Below are positions 1-12,625 of a stretch of DNA of 64,000 nt, in pieces. Source of the stretch: Guillardia theta CCMP2712 (Eukaryota; Protista; Cryptophyta); assembly GCF_000315625.1 (NCBI RefSeq), contig NW_005434465.1:11480-75479 (forward strand), written 5' to 3'. The position numbers were made by a program, and so were the translations under genes. Positions within the stretch are counted from its first letter, which is position 1; every line of letters begins with the position of its first letter. Under the pieces are notes generated by a model that saw only the letters and a list, made by a program, of their open reading frames with translations, was not told the origin of the DNA and did no database searches.

Positions 1-60
1 GATTTGGATCTGATGAGAGACCTTGTTCTGCATCTTATGTCAGCACCTCCCCTCAGCCTC

Positions 61-1436
61 CTACTTCACCTCGTCGCTCCTCGTCTTCCCCTCCCTGTCA
101 ATGGCGTCTTGAGCCTTCGCTCCTGACTCCTGCCACACGCTCATATTCAGCTTCACACCAGTCTCAGCCTGTGCGACTCCACCAGCGCGAAGAAAGCGAC
201 TCCTTGCGCTCGACGGAACGCTTCCTTGGCTGCCGCACGTCTCGCAGCAAGCCTCTTCTTGACGCTCTTGGCATCTGCCAGCGCTTGTGCTGCCAGGCGC
301 TCCGCCTTGTCCGACTCCTCCTCCAACCCGTTGGCCTTCACTGACCGAGTCAGTTCGCCTTGCCTGCCTCACAGTGACGCACCTTGTCCGTGCTCACCCG
401 CTCCTTGTGCACAATCGCCTGCAGCTTCTTCACCTCATCTCTCACCTGCCTCATTGCTCAACAAGATCTCAGAAGCCTGCGCACATCGCCCTTGCCTTGA
501 GGTAAGCAGCTGCCGCCTCCTCAAGCGTTTGCTTGCTCCTTGCCGAGTCTTTCTTGGCCTATGCGAGGGTGAGACAAGCCAGGCAACGCAGACTGGACCT
601 GTTTGAGCAGCTCAACCTTGTCGAGGCTCAGAACTCGAGGCGACAGTCTGAAGAGCAAGTCAACGAGGGAGGGAAAGGCTGCACGAGCAGACATGCGGCT
701 GTGCATCTGCTGGACTCCTTTCACCAGCACAGAATCCTGAAGGGTGAGTGAGTGAGTGAGTGAGTGAGTGAGTGAGACAGCGCAAGAGATGATACCCCAT
801 CCCCGCCGTGTCGTTGAGCATCCTTTGACATCAGCACCAGCTGCCATTAGAGTCACCTTGTGCTTCCAGACAACCACACGCTACCTGGTGCGATGAAGAT
901 GAAACGACGACTGCCAGTGCCAAGACAATCGCTGCTAGATCAGCTTAAAATACACACACACACACACACACCAGACAACAGTTATTAGATGAGGTTACAA
1001 CAACGCGACTAGATCTGTGCAGCCATTTCGCGTCAAGCCTCACCTGCCGCACTAGCCGCCAACTGCCACTTGTTGCCAGCGCTGCCGCAATCTCAGTGAA
1101 GATGTTCTCGTCAGAAGCGAAGCTGCCACCTTGTAAGATCTCGATAATGCGGCGGTAACAAGGGGCCCATCTGAGCATGCAATCAGACATCCTTGGCTCC
1201 AGCAAGTTCCCTAGCAGCAAACTAGTTCCTCCTCCAACTCCTTTCTTTCTTCTAGCGTCTTCCTCCTGAACATTCACCATCGACTTCCCCCTCTCCCTTC
1301 TCTCCCATCCTCTTCCCCTTCCCCTTCCCCTCTTCTCTCCGCCACTGATCCGCTCCTCATGCTCCTCCCGATTCTCCTCCTGCATGCTGCCTGCATGCTG
1401 GCCTGCATGGCTCTTCGCCCTGTGTAGCTCAGGCAT
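61..1436 (-). CDS. Hypothetical spliced protein with Ala/Lys/Arg-rich, coiled-coil-like C-terminus
   Basis: Chain of minus-strand ORF pieces (945-1436, 521-877, 153-341, 61-372) separated by short intron-like segments, one containing the (gagt)n tract; no recognisable motif; start and exon structure uncertain. Confidence 0.4.
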
Positions 1437-1705
1437 GGTGTTGCACGTTTCTCGAGTGGGCGATGCCTGACCTCCCAGCTAGCTTTATAAAGGTTTTAAT
1501 CCGATTTTGCGAAGCGACACGAAAACATGCAGGGGAGGAGACGAACGAGGAGAAGTAGAAGCAGGAGGAGGAGGAGGAGGAGGAGCAGTAGAAGGAGAAT
1601 CAGAAGGAGAAGGAAGAGGAAAAAGAGGTGGGGGGGTAGAGAGATACGAGAGAGAGGGGTTGTGGTGTGTGCCTGCTTAGGTGTGCCAAGGAGGGATAGA
1701 GGTGC

Positions 1706-1835
1706 GAGAGGGGAGGGAGAAGGAGGAGGACAAGAGAGAGGGGAGTGAGAAGGAGGACGACAAGAGAGAGGGGAGTGAGAAGGAGGACGACAAGAGAGAG
1801 GGGAGTGAGAAGGAGGACGACAAGAGAGAGGGGAG
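1706..1835. repeat. 30-bp minisatellite (gagaaggaggacgacaagagagaggggagt), ~4 copies, in a divergent promoter region
   Basis: Direct tandem copies readable in the sequence. Confidence 0.9.
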
Positions 1836-1877
1836 GGGTTTAGCTTGAGTCTCACGCTTTCTCCTTAGGCGTGTGAA

Positions 1878-4690
1878 ATGGACATACACGAGAGGCTCCG
1901 GTCGCCTCACCCAGAGGATGCGTTCCGATCGGAGCGCATGGTCCTGGTGCAGCTTTTGATGGAGCGAGAGGCGGCGCACGACAGTGTAGACGAGCTTGCA
2001 CGGCTTGAATGCATGCACTTCATCGACAGCGATGCCAACAAGGACAAGACAGCCTTCCAACGCCCGTGGGTGTCAGAAGTGAGACTCTGCGACGACTTGC
2101 TCCGACAGCTCCGCCTCTTCCGCGACAAGGCCAGGCGCCTGGGCCTCTCCCTTAACTCCCTCCCCCTCGATGAAGAGCCTGGAAGAGGCTCAGCTGGGCT
2201 AGGGGACCTGCACGAGGAGCTGACGGAGCTGGAGCGAGAAATCAAGGAGATGGACGGAAGGCAGCGTTCGATGGATCGAAGTTACCACGAGAAGTTAGAG
2301 CACCTGATGGTCGTGCAGCGAGCGGACGAGGAGCTGCTGCGAGCTGAGCCCTCGAGAGTGACGTCAGCGGATGTGGAGGAAGAGACGGGAGCGCTGATGA
2401 TGGAAGAGGGAGGGAGGGAGGGACAGACCTTGCGGTCCATGTTCGGAGTTCTTCCCGTGGACAAGCGCGAGACCTTCACGCGCGTCATCTGGCGGGTGAC
2501 GCGAGGCAACGCTATCGTGCACTTCTCCTCAAGACCAGCTGGGATGCGGCAGGCGAGCAGCTCAGGGGAAGCAGAGGAGGTGGAGAAAGTAGCCTTCGCC
2601 ATCTTCTTCTCCGGTCGAGTGATTGAGGACAAGATCTCCAAGCTCTGCGCGACCATGGAGGCGCATCGGTACCACGTGCCCAAGGGGCTGACGGAGAGAA
2701 CGAACTTGCTGCGGCAACTGAAGCGCGACATCCAAGACCACGTCGCCATCACTTCTTCCGCCGAGCGGCGACAAGCCGAGCTGGTGGGCAAGCTAGCGCG
2801 AAGTCTGGGAGAGAAGGAGAGGATGGTGCTGCAGGAGAAAGCGATCTTCGCGACCATGAACCTGTTCAACACCCTCGTCTCCAATCGCACGGTGATAGCT
2901 GAAGGCTGGGTTCCTGTCGAGTCCCTTCCTGCCCTCCGCAGCGCCTTGCAACGAGGGATGAAGCGATCGGGAGCCGCGACGCCTTCAGTGGTTCACGTGC
3001 TCAAGGCGGACCTGACGCCTCCCACCTTCATCAAGACCAACAAGCTCACAGAGTCCTTCCAGGCGCTCAACGATGCGTATGGCACTCCCAGGTACCTAGA
3101 GCTGAACCCGGTGAGCCGAGGAGGAGGAGGAGGAGAGGAGGAGGAGGGCTGACGTTGACCGGCAGGGGATGTTCTATCCGGTGACCTACTCCTTCCTCTT
3201 CGGGATCATGTTCGGAGACATGGGGCATGGCTTTCTCATGCTCCTCGCCGCTATCTTCCTCATCTCTAAGGAGAAGGACTGGGCGGGGAAGCGCCTGCAT
3301 GAGCTCGTGTCGCCTGCCTTCGGCGGCCGCTACGTGCTCCTCCTCATGTCTCTCTTCTCCATCTACTGCGGTAGCGTCTACAACGAGTGCTTCGGTCAGT
3401 CGCTGCTCCCCTGGTCCTACTGGTCCCTCCACCTCCGTGCTGGCAGCTCCTCTTACGATGCTGCTCCCGTCGCGCCCCCGCCCTACGGAGTGGATCCGAT
3501 TTGGGGGATCGCAGAGAACAAGTTGGGGTATCAGAACTCGTTCAAGATGAAGATCTCTATCATCATCGGAGTGTCGCAGATGGTCTTCGGGTTGGCGTGC
3601 AAGACTCTCAACTGCGTCTATTTCCGCAAGTGGAAGGATCTGCTCTTTGAGAACATCCCTGAGTACGTCTTCCTCCTCTCCATCTTCGGCTACCTCTGCT
3701 TCCTCATCATCTACAAGTGGTCCACCGACTGGGTTGGCCTTGGCCTCCCAGCTCCTCCCTTGCTGGACACTCTGCTGGGCATGCTGCTTGAGGTTGGAAG
3801 TCCTATCCCCAAGGAGCGGCTGCTATATCCTGGTCAAGCCACTGTGCAGACGATCCTAGTCATCGTCGCGCTCATCGCGGTTCCTTGCATGCTCTTCCCG
3901 AAGCCGCTACTCATGCAGGCGGAGCACAAGAACGGATACGAGCCGGTGGACGCAGAGGACAACTCGCAGGGGCATGGGGAAGGAGAAGGAGAAGGAGAGT
4001 TCGACATGGGGGAGGTGCTGATTCATCAGAGCATTCACACCATCGAGTTCGTCCTCGGCACAGTCTCCAACACAGCTTCCTACCTCCGTCTCTGGGCGCT
4101 CTCCCTCGCACATGCCGGTGAAGCCTCAGTCCCTTCCTTCCTCCTGCCTGCCAGTTCGTTTCCTCTCTGACTCCTTCGTAGGCCTATCGGAAGTCTTCTG
4201 GGAGCGGGTGAGAGAAGGAGAAGAGGAGGGGAGGGCGTGATGTGCTGGCAGGTTATGCTCGCCGCCCTTGAGCTCGAGGGCGTCAGCGTGTGGGGTCAGG
4301 GGCTCGCTGTCTTCTGTGCCTTCGCTGTCTGGGCGTTTATGACCTTCAGGTAGATGAGAGGAGGAGGAGGAGGAGGAGGAGGAGGAAAGCGAACAAGGAG
4401 GATGAGAAGGTTGATGAGGACGAGCAGTCGCTAGCAGTGCATGTGGCGATACAGGCGTGACTTGGCTCTCAGTGTGCTGATGGTGATGGAGACGTTGAGC
4501 GCGTGTCTGCATGACATTCGTCTACATTGGGTGGAGTTCCAGGTTAACCTACACCTCGTCCCACTTCACCTTCTTGCTGACGACTGACCAGAACAAATTC
4601 TACGCGGGTGACGGCTACCCTTTCACTCCTCTCTCCTTCCGAACCTTCGTTGAGGCCTACCAGCTTGAGCATGGCGACGGTTCCTCCTAG
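1878..4690 (+). CDS. V-type H+-ATPase V0 subunit a (Vph1/Stv1 family), spliced
   Basis: Motifs FRSERMVL, PPTFIKTNKLT, YGTPRYLELNP, FGIMFGDMGHG, NSFKMK, IHTIEFVLGTVSNTASYLRLWALSLAH, RLHWVEFQ, NKFYAGDGYPFTPLSF; first intron 3111-3165; stop TAG 4688-4690. Confidence 0.96.
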
Positions 4691-4764
4691 AAAAAGCGAG
4701 ATCATCGATAAAGGCTACATTTCTCCTCTGCTCCCTCCCTCGTCCTCCACCTCTCCACTCGGGG

Positions 4765-6930
<2,166 letters not shown>

Positions 6931-7312
6931 CACGAGCTGCTCGTCTAAACTAAGTAAGCACGAATATCCTTCTTCTCCTTCCCAGTAGTCATGATTACCA
7001 TCATCTCCATCATCTATTACATCTCCATCTCCTCCTCCATCTCTTCCTCCATCTACATCTACATCTACCCCTCCCCCTCCCCCTCCCCCCCCCTCCCCTC
7101 CTCGTCCTCCTCCCCCCCTGTCCCCCCTACTGCTCCCTGTGGATTGCGCTGCCTGATCCTTTCTCCGGTGGAATGGCTGAGGCGGATTCGTTTTAGGTCT
7201 CCTTTGTTTGCTCCGGTTTGCCCTTCTTTTCCAGTCAGTCAAGTAAAAATCTCTCCTGCTCCTGTAGGACATTCTCGTCGAACACACCGCTACCACTGCC
7301 GCTGCCGCTACC

Positions 7313-9355
7313 ATGGCCAAGAGAGTTCGAGAGCTGGAGGAGGAGGAGACGAATTCAGCTGTAGAGCAAGAGGCTAGGGGGGTACAAACAAAAGTCAACA
7401 AAGCAGATCAAGCCATCACTGCTGCAGTGCAAGAGATCAAGGGAGTTGTGGAAAAGATCAATGGAGTAGTGGACGAGATCAAGGGAGTAGTGGACGAGAT
7501 CAAGGGAGTAGTGGAAAAGATTAATGGATTAGAGGACGAGATCAAGGGAGTAGAGGCAAAGATTGATGGAGTAGACCAAACCATGGCTGATGTAGAGCAA
7601 GAGATCAGCCAGGCACAAGACCCCAATATGAAGCCTGTCTTGATCATGAAACAAACGAAGCTTGAAGGTGAAAAGCAACAGCTTGCGGCCAGAGAGAAAC
7701 GGCTTCGAGGTGACAAGAAACAGCTTGGAGTTAGAGAGAGACAGCTTCGAGATAAAAAGGCGAAGCTTCGAGAGGAAATGAAGGAAAAGAAGCAGGCAGC
7801 TTTTACCTGGACAGAGTCAGAAGCTCGGCTTGACGGTATGGGGTTTTGCAAGGAGGAGAAATACTTCCGTCTAGATTGCTCTTACTTAAGGGGCACAAAT
7901 GTAAACAGCGGAGAGCAGCTTCTTCTCTACTGCCGAAAAGCCTTCCTGGAGCAGTTCCGTTTCCTGCGAGAGCAAGTGCTAGAGCATGGTGCTCTTGGAT
8001 GGATACAAGGCTCTCCAGGAACAGGGAAGACAACAACAACTCTTTCGTTTTGTATGACGCTGGATAGGAATGAGTGGAGCTTCAAATGCATCAGGCTGAA
8101 GGCCAGAAGCAACACCTGTGTCGTGGAGGTGACAGGCAACAAGAGAAGAACATGCTCTGTCGCAAAGGAGTCTGAGGGGGAACAGATGAAACTGTTGCTT
8201 GAAGGGTTGTTAGACGGCAAAAAGAGCCTCCTGGTGCTCGATGGCTACTTGACACACCAAGAATCTCACACGAGAGCTTTGGTAGCATGTATAGGATGGC
8301 GGGATGCTGACAGGCAAAATCGACGTCTTGTGGTGGTGACGTCAATGGCTTCTCGAGGAAAGACCTACGATGAAGAGGATCGAGAGTTGGGGCTGAAGGA
8401 GCACATAGTTCCATCATGGAGGATCGATGAATATCTAGAGGCAGTGCAGTTTGACGAGTTTTACAACAAGGTGGCTCCCACCTTGGAAATGAATGTGACA
8501 GGAGAGGTTTTGGGTTTCAAGATGACTACACGGCCGAGATCGAAAGAAGAGCGAGTGAGGCATAAGCACTACCTCGCAGGTGGGTCATGTCGGTACATGT
8601 TCGACATGACTGCGGCGGAGGTCCTGCGGTCCTTGGATCTTGCGCTTTTATGTGCTCCAAACTTACAAGATCTTTTTCGGGGCCATGTAGGCGCTTCCTC
8701 GGGGGATCTGACGAACAGGCTGACTGCTACTTTGGTAACTCAGGAGAAGGTGGTCAGGTTTCCTGTGAGCAAGTACGTAGCCAGCAATCTTGCGGCGTCC
8801 GCGGGTGCGGTTGACATACTGAGAAGAATGTTGACGGCCTTTAGAGGCCCGCGAGCCATGCATGGGTATCTTTTGGAGATGCTCTTTTTCGAGGAAGTGA
8901 GATGAGACCTGAGCATAACTTACCGTGGATCAAGTGAGCCTGAAGTTTTGAAAGCATGCAATCTCGTTGTAATCTTGAATCCGTCACAAGACACGGACTC
9001 TCTTCCCCACACGAGGGTGTGTCTCAAGCCAATCAGTGAATTTCAAGGTGGCTGGGACGCAATCATTGTAGATAAGGATGACAAGGTCGTGCAGTTTTTT
9101 CAGCTGACGGTGGCAAAGGATCACTCTCTCAAGCTCTCGTATTTCTTGACAGCTCTTGAGGCTCTGGGGATTCCTCCAGGTGGGACGTGGACGATAAGGA
9201 TCGTTTTTGTCGTTCCGCCGGAGGATGGAATGTTGTTCCGAATAGCCTCTGTCAAGGATGACGGGGCGCTAGAGCAGTACATGTGGAAGAAAGGGGAGGA
9301 GCGGTCAATGGTCCAGGTGGCGAGTATTGATTTCAATCGAGGATACGTTAGTTAG
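7313..9355 (+). pseudogene. Crinkler/RHS-type protein: heptad-repeat coiled coil + P-loop NTPase + C-terminal PD-(D/E)xK-like nuclease; one in-frame TGA at 8903-8905
   Basis: Walker A GSPGTGKT, Walker B LLVLDG, LVVVTS, GGSCRY, HGYLLEMLFF; the downstream ORF (8948-9355) is in the same frame (offset 1635 nt) and carries QGGWDAII..FFQLTVAKDH; no evident introns. Confidence 0.72.
7430..7580 (+). repeat. 21-nt tandem repeat encoding heptads EIKGVVE/KINGVVD, ~7 copies
   Basis: gagatcaagggagtagtgga(a/c) repeats. Confidence 0.88.
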
Positions 9356-9874
9356 TGATGGGTGGCGAATGAAGATGTCAGGAACTGCTCAGATGGCTGA
9401 AGATGCGAAGGAAGTAGACCACTCATAGCGTGTTCTGAGGCTGAGCTGTCATGCTCACGGACAAGGGGGGATGTGGATAATTTTACTCACAAAACTGAAA
9501 TACAATCCAAATTCACCCATGTAAAATATGTTTGGGTAGTACCGGCCATCACTGAAATCCATAACTTGATAGACCAGCCTCGCCTCTGCTCTTCCTCTGG
9601 GTGATGGAGGCAGTGCAGGCGCCGCTGGGGGCTCTGAGGCTTCCGAAGCAGGGGCTGCAGGGGGAACTGACTCAAAGGCTGACTCGCTGACTCGGGTGGG
9701 TAGAGATCCACTGCATAGCTGCCGTGAGCCCGGGAAGAGCTTCCTGAGCTGGGGATAACTGCGCCCTGCTCAGGGGAAACTCTGCATCAACCGCCCTGTG
9801 ACTGAAGGCTTGGGGGGGGATACAGGGAGGTCCGCCCGCAAGTTGAAAGAGAGCGGGCGATGGGATCTCGCTGC

Positions 9875-11200
9875 TCAGACGTGCGCTATCAGCTCGCCGA
9901 GGTCAATATATTCTTGCGGCACTCCACGGTCAACCAGGGCCTGATGCACCCGCAGGAAGGAAGGCAGTAGGGGAGGGAGGACCAGATCCGGCTCGTCCGC
10001 TTGACGGAGGGTACCATCCAGCCCAGAGAACAGAGTAGGGGTCGAAAATGTCCAGGTCTGCACACAGGGTAGAGTAGCGCTCCATGGTAAGAAGCTGGCC
10101 GTGGCGATGTAATAAGGTGATAGACTAACGCTGCTTGAGGTGTGAATCCATCTCCTCCCTTCTGATATGGAAGCTGACGCTTGAAGATGGCAAACTCCAT
10201 TGGGGACAAGACTGAAGGGCTGGCCAAGCTCAGGTCGACGTCCGAGCCTCTGTCAGACAAGGGCAAGGTTTTTTGTCCTGAAGAACACTCTGATCGAAAG
10301 CAGCACATGCAGTGTGTTCGGGGCGCTATGGCGGGGAGTTTAGGGGGTGCTGCATGCCATGGCAGGTGTCATGCCACAGATGAGAGAGATGACCAGCATT
10401 CGAAAGTGGCACGGTGTGCCTTTGTGCACAACATGTGTTGCAAGGTTCAAATACTACAAGAATTGCAATAATCTTGAGCAGACTTTGCTCTCTAAATGGG
10501 ACGATACCTTGTTTTTCAAACTGTTGGATTTCTTGCAATGTCATGGGCAACCAAGTACCTCGAATGGAGTCTTCGTTCTGTATCCTTGAATTTCGATTCC
10601 ACTGCGAGGCCCATTGGAAGTTCCTGGATATGCAACGTATCTCGACCAGCGTTTCTCTTGGGAGACGTATGATCCCTGATGGTGTGTCCCCTCAGTGTGC
10701 CCAGTTCCGATGGCACACCTTTGAATGCCGGCGAGATCCACAGGTTCTTAGCAACGAGTACAAAATGCAATAACGCGCCGAAGAACCCACATTTGTACCT
10801 GTCCTCTTGAATAAAGGCCGTGAATTTACATGCTAGTACGCTAGGGTGCTGGGCTCTGGTCCCCAAAGATGCTATCTACGATCTTTGCGGCCTGTAAGGT
10901 GCTTTCCACATGATAGACTTGTCGGCTCTATCGACTGAGTCTACTATGAGTCCCGGCTCCCTCAGCTTACGGTTTTGAGTTGATCCTCTTGTCCAACGAT
11001 GAAGCAGGTCTCATCGGTGCCTTGAGTCGCGGTGTAAGTCTCGAGATTCCGCTCGTGGTTCCTCCATGCTTGCACGGCTTTGGACTCTGCGCTCCATTCG
11101 CTCAGAGCATCTTCAAACTTGGCAGGTCGCGTCTCGCCTGTCGGGTGCATGTACGGTGTGATTCCCTTTTGTCCCCCAAGGATGCAGTATCGCAATCGTT
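9875..11200 (-). mobile_element. Degenerate non-LTR retrotransposon relic (CRE-like, post-RT region)
   Basis: Frameshifted RQLPYQKGGDG motif followed by YYIATASFLPW, similar to YYTAIARFLAW in the element at 23.6 kb; boundaries approximate. Confidence 0.55.
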
Positions 11201-11384
11201 GGCAGGTCGACCCCTCAGCGCTAGAATGATCCCATGATGGCTGGTGCAGTACTTAGTAGGCATGCAAAATGATACGAGCATGTCGACTGGAGAAATGACT
11301 CTAGAGTATTCCGTTGCAAGCTGGTTTGGAGAGCTTGAGTTTCAATTCCAACGACAAAGGATAAGTACTCAGTCTTGGTATTTC

Positions 11385-11780
11385 TTGATCATTTTTCAGC
11401 ATGAGTCGATCACGTGGAAGCAAGCAGTTCGTGGGTTCTTCGAGACTGTGTACAGAAATCAGGGAATTTGTAAGCAAGTCTTGTCTGACAATGGAAGCAT
11501 TTTCAATTCAACATTTTGGGACGAAGTTTTCAACCTGATGGGTATTGACGTTCGACATTCTAGAGTATATTATCCTCAATCCAATGGTAGAGTTGAAAAT
11601 TCAACAGCATGATTGTGGATGCGTTACGAATTTTCTGTATGAAATATCCTCACAAGACTTGGGATGTCTACTTGACTCATTCGGAGACCGTTTGGAAATC
11701 TACAGTGCGTAATGCCTCAGGATTGACTCCATTTGAGATAATCAATGGTTGTGAGATTAAGGACGTGTTGCTCGAGATGC
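11385..11780 (+). mobile_element. Ty3/Gypsy LTR retrotransposon integrase core fragment (frameshifted)
   Basis: LSDNGSIFNSTFW..YYPQSNGRVE, then after a frameshift IVDALRIFC..WDVYL..SGLTPFEIING. Confidence 0.85.
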
Positions 11781-11964
11781 GATGACTATCAGTGCAGCAA
11801 GTGATCGGATACAGAAAGGAGGTTGTCGAAACAACGCAGGTCTTAGTATGAATACAAGGTTGGAGGCAAGGTAATGTTATCTACCCAGGATTTGAAGTTG
11901 CCAGAGACAGTACCCAAGATGATGAGAGAAAGAAGGAGAGAGAAAGAAGGAGAGAGAAAGAAGA

Positions 11965-12520
11965 GGCCCGGGCCGTACTGTACGGTACTCCGAGTAGAGT
12001 CCGACGGCGTAGTCCCGGCCCCAGGTCACCGGGTCCGACGGCCGCGCCTTGCCGAGTTGGCGGCAACCGTTGAACCGTGAACCGCCGGCCCGGAGACTCC
12101 CGGCGGCCCCGAGAGTTCGGAACTAGAGTAAACTTAAAAATCATTACGGGTCTCGATTACTATACACGATCACGGTGGGGAAGAATCTGGTAGGGGTGGG
12201 GGCAGGGGAAGTCTGGGGTAGGGGGTGGAATGCCCGACCTCAACTCACTGAGGCTTGGGATTTCCAGGTAGAGGTAATAGGGGTGGCTGTTGACTTTCGA
12301 AACAAGGGGGGTGGTAATCTGTGATTCACCCAGTAAACCTCTTACTTTTTTTATATCTGGACCCCTACGTTGTGTACCCCTACCCTCTCTATTGCTATTG
12401 CCTACGACACCACCCCCTATCTCGATGCTGATGTCCGAATTGCTCGGAGTTACCATGATGTCGCTCATGTGGGAGCGTAGCAGGTCGTAGCACCTCGGGA
12501 CTGACGCCCCCCCCCTGTGG
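11965..12520. other. Bipartite non-coding module: CG-rich palindromic word mosaic (~11965-12150) then GGGTA/GGGGT-rich tract (~12170-12520)
   Basis: Shared short words (ccgagt, gtactgtacggt, cggccgcg, tcacggt) with 24330-24750 and 45700-47460. Confidence 0.6.
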
Positions 12521-12625
12521 TCGGGCGGAGAAAGCAATCAGAGGCTGCACACAACCCCCGGGGTGAACCGCAGCACACCAGAAGAAGAGATAAGACAGTG
12601 AGAGCAGGTAGCAGACGCGTTCAAC

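Noticed and set aside
8903-8905. Selenocysteine codon
   Set aside because: Not in a redox motif and no SECIS recognised; a nonsense change is simpler
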